DNA of 64,000 nt from Mobula hypostoma (Eukaryota), in assembly GCF_963921235.1 (NCBI RefSeq), contig NC_086108.1:7316001-7380000 (forward strand). The letters are read 5' to 3'. Both the position numbers and the translations under genes were made by a program. Positions 23,252 to 36,052 of this stretch are shown here, in pieces. Position 1 is the first letter of the stretch, and each line of letters starts with the position of its first letter. Under the pieces are notes generated by a model that worked only from the letters and a program-made list of their open reading frames with translations, did no database searches and was not told the origin of the DNA.

Positions 23252-25117
23252 CTGCAGGAAAGGTGAAGCACAACATGGTCACACAAGCTAGATCTGCACT
23301 GTTGAGGAAGACAGATTGCCAAGCACCGTGTGGCATGGCTACTCCTGGCTGAGAAGGTTATTAAAGAGTCCACCTTCCTCACCTCAACTGGAGAGCAAGG
23401 GCTGTCATCTTAACGTGTCACCGCATCCCTTCCCCCTTCAACATCAACCCCCCACCCACCAATATCCTGTGCCTCTCCTGGGTCTACCCAGTCACTGGTA
23501 TAAGCAGAACAAGCAGCAAGTCCAGCTTGGATCTCCTGCATTAGCTGAGAGGAGCATTCAGAACCAACGTCTGATGGGAGCGCGCCTGCATATGGGATGT
23601 CATATTGAAGTATGTATGGGACATTGGTGAGGTCTAATTTGGAGCATTGTGCACAGTTTTGGTCACCTACCTACAGGAAAGACGTAAATAAAGTTGAAAG
23701 AGTACAGAGAAATTTTATAAGGATGTTACTAGGTCTGGAGGATCTGAGTTGTATGGACAGATAGAATAGACTGGAATTTTATTCCTTGGAACGTAGAAGA
23801 TTGAGAGGAGATTTGATAGAGGCATTCAAAATTATGAGGGTATAGGTAGGGTAAACACAAGCAGGCTTTTTCCACTGAGGGTGGGTGACACTACAACCAG
23901 AGTTAAGGTTGAAAGGTGAAAGGGGAAACTCCTTCACACAGAGGGTGGTGAGAGTGCTGAACGAGCTGTCAGCACAAGTGGTGTATGCAAGCCCGATCCC
24001 AACATTTAAGCAAAGTTTGGATAGGTACATAGATAGTCGGAGTAGGGAGGGCTATGGTCCCAGTGCAGGTTGATGGGAGAAGGCGGCTTAAATGGGTTTG
24101 AAATTGACTAGATGGGTCGAAGGGCCTGTTTCTGTGCTGTACTTTTCTATGACTCTATATGGTCTAGACAGATGTTAACTGAAACACTCCAGGCAAATAT
24201 GGCATCTACATCAAAAAATTCTCTCTGGAGGAGTTGGAACTCGTAGAACTCTACCCACACCAGGGAACACCCCTGAGAAATGCCTCCAGAATCTCAGCCC
24301 AATGGTCTGAGGGCAATTTGGAATTCGACCCCCAGAAACTCAACCCTCGCCCATCACTCATTATAAGCTCAAAAGGGAATCTGCCAAGCACCCAACAACT
24401 CAGTGAGGAACTAGTAGTCTTGAGAAAGAATCATAGAGATGAGTGGTTCCTTAAGTTTGTTATAGTAATGGTAATGGGGACAAGCTCCCACTACCTATTA
24501 AATGCTCCCAATGGTGTGTCTCTCAAAAAGCCTCTGACAACCAAGTCCAGCTCCTGACCTTCACGTCTGGCTTAGCTACTAAACCCGGCTGAACCACTTC
24601 TACTGACAGGAGAAGCGGCAAAGATGGGTTACTGTTATCTTAAAACCAGTCGCTTTGGGCAGATAAGGCTCATCAGCTGTGACCGGCAGCTCATCTAGGA
24701 GAAGAAAAACTTTTATCTCAAGCCTCAGCTGCCTTGCAGCTATATCCACTCATGGCGAAGGGTTCAGAAATTAACTCTGAGGGAAAAATCTGGAGCTCGA
24801 GTCCCTAAAGTAGTCCTACATTGAGTTCAACGCTGACCAGCAACTCTTGTGACGCCACTCGTGCCAAACTGTATCAGTCTCTACCATTCCTTTGGATTCA
24901 TCAGCTGTGTGGAGACGGGTAGCTTGCTACATGGGCAACAGCTTGCTCTTCATATTGTACTGCACTGGCTTGCACATCACGTAGACAACTGGGATGCAAC
25001 ATCCATGGTTGACCCAACCAATGGAGGGTCTCAACAGATAGGGGTGAGTGGCCCTTGCTGGGCTGTCTGTGTGTTACACTCAGCCATGGAATGTCATTAA
25101 ACAATTACAGGTGAAAC

Positions 25118-25845
25118 CGTCGTCATGGCTACCCCTCGAGGTCGAGGATGATGGTCTTCGTTCTGTTGATCTACTTATGGGCTCTCAAGTGGCTTATGAG
25201 TCCAACCTTGGCTTTGAAAGTTCTTCCGCATTCAGGACAGATAGCTCCAGATGGCAGATCGGGCTTCTGCCTCTCTTTCCATTTTCTTCTCTTTTCTTCT
25301 AATTCTGCACATCTGTTGGCTTCGAAAGTTGCTGTTCCTTCTCGGATGATGGCTTGCCAGAGTTTCCTGTCCTTGGCATTGGTTTCCCAATTGCTGATGT
25401 TGATGTTACATTTCTTCATGTTGGCTTTTAAGACGTCTTTGAATCTCTTCTGTTGTCCACCTCTTTTACATTTGCCTTCTTTAAGCTGGGAGTAGAAGAT
25501 TTGTCTCGGCAGACATTCGTCTTTCATCCAAACAACATGACCGCTCCATCTTAGTTGGTTCTTGATGACGTAGGCTTCAATGCTTGTCGTTTTTGCTTCA
25601 TTTAGTAGACTGACATTGGTTCTTCTATCTTCTCAGCTGATACTTAAGATGTTTCGAAGACAACATTGATGGAACTTTGCAAGTGCCTTCAGATGTCGTC
25701 AGTATGTTGTCCAGGTTTCTGATTCATACAGGAGCGCTGGGATTACCACTGCTTCGTACACTAACATTTTGGCGTCTGTTCAGGTGTCATGATCATGAAA
25801 GACCTTTGTTCGGAGACATCCAAAAGCTGTTCTAGCACATTTAAG
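25118..25845 (-). mobile_element. RTE/BovB-like LINE 3' fragment
   Basis: ORF 25171-25527 LPRQIFYSQL..RGGQQKRFKDVLK...CPECGRTFKAKVGLISHLRAH (C-terminal zinc finger). Confidence 0.88.
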
Positions 25846-26639
25846 ACGATGTGAAACCACAGAATATAAAAACATAAAACCGAGAGTCCAATCCATAAAC
25901 TAAAGGCCCAGAACTTTGGTACCATCCCAAATCTCATAGAGGCAGTCATGTACACGCACACACAAGCCGTGATGTTACCAAAGACCCTCGGACCCCGGAC
26001 TCCATTCCATGGAAGAAACCAGCTTGACAGAATTCAGCTTCTTTGAGACCATGCACCAAGGAAAGGCCAGGCATTTGAGGAGATGAATGAATTCACACAA
26101 GGCTCAGAATAGAGGGATTAGAGCTGAGTGTTTTTTTTAAAAAGGAGATATAGTGCGGTAACAGAACCTTCCAGCCCAAACAAACTCGCGTCACCCAATT
26201 TATTTTAGAGATACAGCATGGAACAGACTCTTCTGCTGCACCGAACCGCAACACCCAGCAACCCACCGGTTTAATCACGGGACAATTTACAAAACCAATG
26301 CCTTTGGACTGTACAAGGAAACTGGAGCACCCAGAGGAAACTCACGCAGTCACAGACAGAACGTACAAACTCCTTACAGGCAGCAGAGGGAACTGAACCC
26401 GGGTCACTAGACACATGAGAGAGAATATTTTACAAGGGAAATAATGGGATTTCCCTGAAAATGGATGGGCCAAAATAGTCTCAGTTGCGGCAAGAAATAC
26501 AGGGGCAAGAACAGCAACCAACAGATTTTATGTCATTAAAATGTCACTTCTGCTTTCTGTATATCTGGATTCAATTTGATCAAAGGATGCTGTTGGAGTA
26601 TTTTCAGCCAAGAACTGAGAAAGGGTCAAAGCTTGTTTT

Positions 26640-27310
26640 GATTTGAATTGAATGGAATGGAATGGAATGGAAAGATCTTTATCGTCATTATACATAGGTA
26701 AAATGAAACTCTGTTTGGCTTCCTCTCAGGCAATTAAATAAAGCGGTAGATAAAAACAAGACAGTAATAGAAAATCAGTATTAAATAGATAAGTAACAGA
26801 AAATAAGTTGCAGAAATGCACAAAGTGCCGTTAGTGCAAATATTTGAGTCCTTGTGCACATGTGTGCTCACAGTTTCAGTCATTGTTCTGTGGGAGTGGT
26901 GTGATGGAGGCCACAGCTCTGGGATAGAAGCGGTTCCTCAGTCTATTTGTTCTGGCTTTTAGTGTCCTGAACCTTTTGCTGGACGGCAGCGGGTCAAACA
27001 GGGAGTGGCCGGGGTGTGTGGTGTCTCTGGTTATGCTGATTGCTTTCCTCCTGAGTCTGCTGGAATAGATGGTGTCCAGTCCTGGGAGCTCCATCCTGAC
27101 AATTCGCTGGGCCGCCTTCACCACGCGATGCAGGTCGTGTCGCTCAGCAGCCGTGCAGCTGGCATACCACACTGTGGCACTGTTGGTCAGGAAGGTTTCA
27201 ATTGTGCTTCTGTAGAAGTTAAGCAACAGCTTTTGTGGAAGTTTGGCCTGTTTCAGCTTTCTGAGAAAGATGAGTCTTTGTTGTGCCTTTTTTACAAGCA
27301 GCGAGGAGTT
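26640..27310 (-). mobile_element. Rex1/Babar- or L2-type LINE 3' fragment with (ATTCC)n tail
   Basis: ORF 26876-27226 FYRSTIE..VWY..HPGHSLFDPLPS..TNRLRNRFYPRAV. Confidence 0.8.
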
Positions 27311-29962
27311 AGTGATCCAAGAACAGAGAGGAGGAAGATTTTCTTTAGTCAGAAGGAGGCAGATCTGTGGAATTCACTGCCAGATGCTTGCAGAGGTCAA
27401 GTCATTGGGTATACTTAAAGTGGAGGTTGTTAGGGTCTTGATTAGCAAGGGGTGGAGATATGTCTCTACTAAAGGAGGTGCAAGGACCTCCTTCCCTCTG
27501 CTAGCCTGTAGGTCACCCTTGGGCAAGGTGTAGCACCTGCCTAGACCCACAATCAGGGTTGCATGAACCCATGGGAGCAGGCGGTGGATGGTCGTATGAG
27601 CAGCTGGTGCACATCACAAGATCTGGTTATGAGACCACGAATGTCAGGCAGTCAATCTGTGAAGAGTACTGATAATGGTTGGGATCATCCGTCTTGTAAA
27701 GGCACTGCCCAGAAGATGGCAATGGCAAACCACTTCCATAGGAAAATTTGCCAAGAACAATCATGGTCACGATCGCCCACGTCATATGACATGGCATATA
27801 ACAAATGGACGAAAAGGAGGGGACCTAGAAGGAAAAGTTAACCTGAATGTTTCCTCAGCAACACAATCCCATCTCAGGAGATTAGCTGCTTGGCCTGACA
27901 GAGTGCAGCAGACAGCGGAAACACTAAACCTAGGCAGGATTATCCAGTCAGCAGATCCTCGGCTACGTGACCTCCAACACTTACAGATACCTTCAAATAA
28001 ATCGACTCAGCTCATGCGGTGTCCGAAGGTACTGATGAGTTATTTTATTTTATTCGAGCCACACTGCCCAGCAACCTCCTGACAAACCTAATCATGGGAC
28101 AATTTGCAATGACGTATTAACCAGTCCCTGGACATCAGGAAGAAATCACAGGCACTGGGGAAAACCCATGCATTCCACAGGCAGGGCACACAGACTCCTT
28201 ACACAACTGCACCAGAATTAAACTCCAAATTCCAGAATGCCCTGAGCTAACCACTACGCTACCGTGGTGTCTAGGATTCTAATCAGGGCTGGCTTCTCTG
28301 TTCATGGGATTCACAGCGGAACAGAGGCCATTCAGCCCATCTGATCTCTCAGGTGGACTTGGAAGATCCCGCAAGTGGAATCCAGTATCTGGGGCCTTGT
28401 GGTCATCCCCCAGTTTATAGTCACGTGTTAGTGGACTCTTGCTGTGCTCAGGTCAGTAGCTGCCTTGTATGAGACCAAGAGACAGCAGATGCTGGAATAT
28501 AAAACACAGTACAGGCTCTTCAATCTATGATGTTGTGCCGACTTTCATCAGCCATGAAGGGATCAGACTCGAGGGTCAACTGGCCTCATTAGCTCCTATG
28601 TCTTATAGTCTTGTGGAGCACTCCAAGATCAATCTAATCCCTTCCCTCCTACATAGCCCTCCATTTTTCTATCATCCACATGCCTGTCAAAGAGTTTCTT
28701 AAATGTCCCGAATGTATCTGCCTCTACCACACCCCTGACAAGTTCCACGCACTCACCACTGTGTGGGAAAAAAAAAATACAATTTGCCTCTGAATCCCCC
28801 ATATACTTTCCAACAATCACCTTAAAATTACACTCCTCATATTAGCCATTTCCATGCTGGGAAAATGTCTCTGGCCAGTTACTTGATCTAGCTCTCCTAT
28901 AATCTTGTACACCTCTATTAAATCAATTCTCATCTCCCTTCACTCCAAACAGAAAAGCCCTTGCCTATCCTCATAAGATATGCTCACTAATCCAAGCAGC
29001 ATCTCCTCTGTATCCTCTCCAAAACTTCTACGTCCTTCCTATAATGAGGTGACCAGAACAGAACACAATATTGTAAGGGTGGTCTAACCAGGGTTTTATA
29101 AGGTTGCAACATTACCTCACGGCTCCTGAACTTAATGAAGGACAACACACCATACACAGCTGTAGGAAGACATCTGTTGTCCTGATGGCCCATAATATTG
29201 ACTATTTCTTTCCTCCCACTGATTGTGTGTTTCTGCAGATTCCAGGATCTGTAGTATCTTGTCTTTTCCTTGCAGGAAACTATTTCTTACTTCTCTCTCT
29301 TCTCCTTTATAACCCTTCTCAGCTCTTCCCTTCACCCCCTTCTTCTGCAAGGAGAAGAAACTTCTCCCAAATCCCTGACTAGATTTATGCGTGACTGCCT
29401 ATCACCTGCGTTTGTCTGTGTTCCATTCAGAGCGGTTGTGCTGGGAAGGCCAGCATTTATCACACATCCTTAAATGCCCACTCCCTGGGGAACTCGGGAG
29501 GCTTGGTTTTCCAGCTGCTCCGTTTTCACCCACATCCAAAAGATGTCCAGTGAGTTGTGGGCACGCTGTGTTGGTACTGGAACCAGGGTGACACTTGGCA
29601 GTGTCCCAGCTCCTCAGACTGTGTTGGTCATTGACGCAAACGACGTACTTCACTGTACGTTTCCAAGCACATGTGACAAATAAAGCTCATCTTGGTCAGT
29701 GAATCCAGAGATGCCAAAGTCCAAGCCATTGTGAGAGGTGGAAACAGGCAAGGACAGCGAACAGGGCTGTGGTGAAGCCATATCAGCCGATACCCTGCAT
29801 AGTGCATTACAGAAACATTGATGAATTCCAACCATACCATTGACTTTGGACAATGGAGACGGGAGATCGTTAGTGGCCCCTGCTCCAGCAGGAGCTAAGG
29901 ACCCCAAGAAATTTAACATCAAAATGCACTCAGTCAAACACCTAACTCTCCCCCATTGACAA

Positions 29963-30586
29963 TAAATTGGACTGGTCAAAGAACACTGAGGCTGTCTACA
30001 AGAAGGGTCGGAGCCGTCTCTATTTCCTGAGGAGACTGAGGTCCTTTAACATCTGCCAGACGATGCCGAGGATGTTCTACGAGTCTGTGGTGGCCAGTGC
30101 TATCATGTTTGCTGTTCTGTGCTGGGGCAGCAGGCTGAGGGTGGCAGACACCAACAGAATCAACAAACTCATTTGTAAGGCCAGTGATGCTGTGGGGATG
30201 GAACTGGACAATCTCACGGTGGTGTCTGAAAAGGGGATGCTGTCTAAGTTGCATGCCATCTTGGTCAATGCCTCCCATCCACTACATAATGTACTGGGTG
30301 GGCACAGGAGTACATTCAGCCAGAGACTCATTCCACCGAGATGCAACACTGAGCGTCATAGGAAGTCATTCCTGCCTGTGGCCATCAAACTTTACAACTC
30401 CTCCCTTGGAGGGTCAGACACCCTGAGCCAATAGGCTGGTCCTGGACTTATTTCATAATTTACTGGCATAATTTACATATTACTATTTAACTATTTATGG
30501 TTTTATTACTATTACTATTTATTATTTATGGTGCAACTGTAACAAAAACCAATTTCCCCCGGGATCAATAAAGTATGACTATGACT
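29963..30586 (+). mobile_element. Rex1/Babar-type LINE 3' fragment
   Basis: ORF 29967-30434 DWSKNTEAVYKKGRSRLYFLRRLRSF; aataaa + (tatgac)n tail; same family as 43355-44680. Confidence 0.85.
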
Positions 30587-31339
30587 AAACCCACAAGCAC
30601 CAGTTACACATACAGAGGCTCCAGCTTCTAAGGGTCTCCAACCCACCTCGCTCCCTAGCAGACACCCACCACAACAACTCAACCTGCATATTGTCCCCCA
30701 CCCCACCAGCCCTAGTTCCTCAGAGCCTGGACTCCAAGCGTGTCGCTGAACCCAAGCTGAACAGAAGACAAGAGTTCAACCTTCTCAAGGGTCTGGACAG
30801 ACCATGCACTCCCGGCCGGGCTCAGACCACAGGGCATCAAACAAGAAAGGTGGGAGAACCCAGCAAATCAGGCAGCATCTGTGGAAAAGGGTAAACTGTT
30901 CAAGCCGAGACCCTTCTTCAGGACTGGAAAGAAAGGGGGAAGAAGGCAGAGTAAGGAGGTAGGGGGAGGGGAGGAAGACATACAAGGTGATAGGTGAAAT
31001 CAGGAAGGGGGAGAGGGGGTGAAGTAAAATCTGGGAAGTAGATTGGTGTAAGAGATAAAGGGCTGGAGAAGGAGGAATCTGATAGAACAGGACAGGAGGC
31101 AATGGAAGAAAGGGAAGGGGGGGCACAAGAGGGAGGTGATGGGCAGGTAAGAAGGTAAAGTGAGAGAGGGAAACAGGCGAAAGAGGGGGGAGGCATGACC
31201 GGGTGAAAGTTAAGAGGGGAGATCAAGGAATCTCGGCCTGAAATGCCAACTGTCCACTTCCCTTCCCAGACGCTGCTCGACCTGCTGAGTTCTTCCAGCA
31301 GATTGTGATACTCCGGATTCCAGAACTACACTCTCCGAT

Positions 31340-31920
31340 GTGGTCCCAGCCTTGCCTTACCTAATTCCCCTTCCTATACTCCCGCGGACCACAAGGAGCA
31401 GAGTCAAGGCTTTAAACAGGTTCTGGGTGGGAGTTATCAGAGGCAGGGATACTCCAGTCTCGTCTCCCCTCTCCTGCCTTACCCCGGGCCCCGGCCTTCT
31501 CCAGTCACCAGCCCCGGCGCGGTGGCTTCCCAGGTCGGACTCACGGCGGCAGCACTGCCCTCACGTCGCCGGCTCGGCGAGCCGCCCTCCGGCCGCTGCC
31601 TCCCTCTGCCCCCCACTGCCCGGGGGTCTCGCCGCCCGCACATTCCCCGCCCGTGCCCCCACCACCACCACCCTGCCAAATCCCGCTCCGCACACGCTGG
31701 CTTCCTGCGGGGCGACGGCGCACGTCTCCCACCGAAAGCCCTCCCCGAGCCCTGCGCTTCCCCCTGACCCGACCCACGCCACGGCAGCTAAAGAGCCCCT
31801 CCGCAGAGGGGAAGAGAGGCCCCGCTCACCCTGGGACGCCGGGCCGGCCCATTCACCCTCGGCGCGGCCGACACCGATTCGGCAGCGTTCGCAAGCAGCG
31901 TTAAAGGGAAAACTCCCTTA
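31340..31920 (-). promoter_or_regulatory. CpG island; likely CCDC9 promoter and first exon(s)
   Basis: the most GC- and CpG-rich non-repeat stretch in the window; minus-strand donors gtgagc (31829), gtgagt (31544), gtaagg (31482). Confidence 0.75.
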
Positions 31921-33487
31921 AAGGCAATGCACTTGTGATGAATTTGTGTCTGCACATAGAATAATGATGAGGAAGTCAACTTGGGGCTCCCTTGGGCCAT
32001 ACTTGGTTATAATGTCTATCACCTCATTCCAGAAAAGGTTAATAATCCGATTCAGGTTTATTATCACTGACGTACGTCGTGAAATTTATTGTTTTGTGGA
32101 AGCTGTACAGTGCAATGCATGAAATGCTTATAACTTTGTATATCAGAATCGAGTCTAATATAACCGGCATGCATCGTGGGATTTGCTAACTTTACGGCAG
32201 CAGTACAATGCAATACATAATAATAGAGAAAAAACTGTGAATTACAGCAAGTATATATACTTAATGTAAAATAAATAAGTAATGCGAAAAATAGAAATTT
32301 TTTTTAAAAAGTATTGAGGTAGTGTTCATGGGTTCAAAGTCCATTCAGAAATCAGATGGCAGAGGGGAAGATGCTGTTCCCGAATCTTTGAGTGTGTGTC
32401 TTCAGGCTTCTGTACCTCCTTCCTAATGGTAGCAATGAGAAGAGGGCATGTCCTGGGTGGTGTGGATCCTTAATGCCTTTTTGAGGCATCTCTGCTTGGA
32501 GATATCCTGGCGGCTATGAAGTTAGTGCCCATGATGGAGCTGACTGCGTTTACAACTCTCTGCAGCTTACTTTGATACTGTGTAGTAGACTGCCCTGCCA
32601 TACCGGACTGATTACTGACAGATGTCACGAAAATTGTTATTTTGTGGCAGCAGTACAACACAATACAAAATTATATATAGTTTTTACGTATTAAGAACTA
32701 AACTAAAATTAATACTAAATAAAATCATATTGCAATAGAAATTATAGAAACAATTAAAAGGTTGCTGAAGGTTGTTATAGCCAGAGGTGGTAATGGGGCA
32801 AGTTCCCACTGGTACGGTAGCATAGTGGTTAGAACAACACTATACAGTACAGGCAATCCAGATTCAATTCCTGCCACTGCCTGTAAGGAATTTATATGTT
32901 CTCCCTGTGACCAAGTAGGTTTCCTTGCACAATCCAAAGATGTACCAGTCAGTAGGTTAATTGGTCATTATAAATTGTTTTGTGATTAGGCTTAGATTAA
33001 ATCGGGGGGTTGCTGGGTGGCGTGGGTTGTAGGCCCGATTCCGGTGCTGTATCTCAATAAATAAATGAATAAATACCAATTAAATGCTCCCAATGGCGTG
33101 CACTTCATATAGCCTCTGACAACCAAGTGCAGCTCCTGGCCTTCACATCTGGCTTAGCTACTAAGCCCAGCGAAACTGTTTCTACTGATAGAAGAAGGGG
33201 TAAAGGTGGGCTACTGGTGACTTAAAACCAGTCGCTTTGGACAGAAGGGGCTCACCAGCCATGGTTGGCAGCTCATCTAGGAGAAGAAAAGTTCTTGATT
33301 TCAAACCTCCACTGCCTTGCGGCTATACCCACTCGTAGGGAAGGCTTCGGGAGTAAATCCCAAGGGAAAAATCTGGAGCTGGAGTCCCTAAGGCAGTCCT
33401 ACAATGAGTTCAACACTGACTGGCAACTCCTGCTGGTGCCAAACTGTATCGGTCTCTGCTGTTCCTTTGGGTTCATCAGCTGCTCGG

Positions 33488-34074
33488 GCAGACATCCCAC
33501 CCTGCAAAAACTCATTTCAGGGAGGTAGCACCATCAATCTGCAGGAGACTTCCGGGAGAGTTGGGATGTCTGCAATAGAGTAGCTCCTTAGCAGCTAGCC
33601 AGCTAGTTTAAATAACGTTAGCTATGCTAATGAACGAATGGCACCTGTTAAACTCACCTCAACATGTCTTTTACAGTCTTTACCCACCATGGGCAACAGA
33701 AAAGTCACTGTTGCAAACAGTGCAGCGAGCAACACTGTCATTATTTTTGACCCCTATTAGGCAGGGGTACAGTTTAGTGTCGTCTGGGGTGAGGTACATT
33801 TTATATTTTTTTTGGATCACTCTGCCATGGCGTGCTCTCTCTCTCTCTCTCGTGGTCGTTTGCGCGCTCTAAAGCGCTCTCACTTGCTTTCCCTCTCGCT
33901 CGCTTGCTTGCTCTCTCTCTCTCTCGTGGTCGCTCTTGCGTTTTCTCTTGCTTTCTCTCGCTCGCTCTCAAAAAAATCAATTTCCGAGACATTGTATGTA
34001 ATTTGCGGGCATCAGGGAGCCACTATTAATATGCGGGAGACTCCCGGAACTTCCGGGAGAGGTGGGATGTCTGC
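33488..34074. mobile_element. MITE-like non-autonomous DNA transposon
   Basis: terminal inverted repeats gcagacatcccacc / ggtgggatgtctgc; interrupts another repeat; no clean TSD. Confidence 0.7.
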
Positions 34075-34279
34075 CTGGGGAGGGGGAGCCTGCTTGCTCT
34101 CCACATCGTACTGATCATGTTCAGTGCCTGTTCCTGGGCTGTGCAGTTTGGCGGCTGTAACGCTAATTCTTGAAAATATTGGTACTGTGAAGATGGGCTG
34201 AATGCAAGTGAATGATGTGGTGTCACGGTATAGCATAGAGGTTAACGCAACGCTTTACAGTACAGGTGACCCGGGTTCA

Positions 34280-34622
34280 TTTTCAAATCTTTTTATAATC
34301 AATCCAAAATTAACAAGAGTATATCAAAGTAAACATCACTTACAATGCCTCAAAGAGAAGAGGAAAAACAAGACATTCATATTAAAAGATTGAAAACTTT
34401 TTTTGTGAAAAAAAGAAAAAACCCTACTAAAGGAAAAAATGTGAGAAAAAGAAACCATTTGGTGTTCAACCCCAGAGCCATGTGTCATACAAAAAGCTTC
34501 TAAAAAAAAAGATAAACATCAAACCGCCAGCAAAAAAAAATTTACAATTAGATCGTGAAGGAAATCTATCAATTAACTCAAAAAATAACAGCAAGCAAAT
34601 GAACCCCATCTTTTCTTGAAAT
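34280..34622 (-). mobile_element. L1/Tx1-like LINE 3' end inserted into a V-SINE head
   Basis: 17-bp TSD caggtgacccgggttca (34263-34279, 34623-34639); A-rich tail on the minus strand. Confidence 0.65.
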
Positions 34623-36052
34623 CAGGTGACCCGGGTTCAATTCCCACCCTTCTGTAAGGAGTGTGTATGTTCTCCCCGGTGACCATGTAGGTTTCCTCCG
34701 GGTGCTCTGGTTTCTTCCCACAGTCCAAAGACCTTCCAGTTGGCAGGTTAATTGGTCATTGTAAATAATCCTGTGATTAGGCTAGGGTTAAATCGGGGGA
34801 TCGCTGGCTGGCACGGCTGTATCTCAATAGAATTAAAAAGTGAACCTGTGACCAAGTGGGCAGTGTTTACTGCTCTCTGCAGGATCTGACGGTCCAGAGC
34901 AGAGCAGATGTTATACCAGGGCTGAGGTACAACCCGTCAGGACGCTTACCATGGCGTTCTGCAGAAGTTCGAGAGAATCCTCGAGGGGCAAGCCCAATCT
35001 TCTCCAAAGCCTGACAAAGTAAATGTGCACCACGTCAGTGTTAAGGGACCAGGATGGGTTGCCGGTGATGTGGCTACCAAGGATCTTGAAGCTGTCGACC
35101 TTTCCCTCAGCAGGGTCAATGAAAGAGTCATGCTGACATTAAGGACTAACCATTTAAGCTCTGCCTATTGGATCCGGTGTAAAAATCCAGAATTGTTATC
35201 ATTGCCTGTATACTGCTGGTGTCAGTAATGCAAGTCCAGGTGGAGACTCAGGAATACCATCGCACTCAGATATAGAAGGATTCTTCATTGCTGTTTCCAT
35301 AACAGTTTTGTTTGACCAGTCAGGGTTGTTAGCCCTGAGCTGAACCCCCGAACCTGGAGGACCGGTGGACCACTCTTAGTCTGACCTCTACCCTTTGACC
35401 TGTTTGGCATGGGTGACCCTACCAAGAGCCAAAGCATAAAGCCCTGACTCCAGACAACATAGATCTCCGGGTCATTGACACTCGCAAATCTCCAAACCCT
35501 ACGACAAGGTAGTTGTCCTCTTGGAGGAGGCAGCATCTATCGAAAGGAATAAACTGTCGATGATTCATGCTGAGACCCTTCATCAGGACTGAGAGAGAAA
35601 AAGCCGGAATAAGAAGGTGGAGGAAGGGGGAGGAGTAGAAGCTGGCAGGTGATAGGTGAGACCAGGTGAGGGGGAAGGTGGGTGGGGGAGGGGAGATGAA
35701 GTAAGAAGCTGGAAGGTGATAGGTGGAAGAGGTAATGGGCTGAAGAAGAAGGAATTTGATAGGAGAGGAGAGTGGACCATGGGAGAAAGGGAAGGAAGAG
35801 GGATACCAAAGGGAGGTGATGGGCAGGTGAGGAGAAGAGAAGGGAACCAGAATGTAGTCATCTCTTTGCTGTTCTCCACGGTGGCCAGCGAGCCACTCGG
35901 TTCAAGTGCAGCCAAGCGTCAGTGTCACCTGGAACGAATAGGACCAGTCAGCTGCCTAACGGTTTGCATGTGGAGCGAATTGGCAGGTGAGTTTAGCTCA
36001 GGATCTACTCACCATCTCGAGAAGGATGTGCAGAAGCTGGTGGAAAAGATAA

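Noticed and set aside
28345..28415. Plus-strand cag|GTGGAC as the missing PAK4 VDIWS exon
   Set aside because: Translates VDLEDPASG, unrelated, and on the wrong strand
31340..31921. 193-aa plus-strand ORF and overlapping ORFs
   Set aside because: Pro/Ala/Arg-rich by-product of a GC-rich CpG island; no recognisable domain
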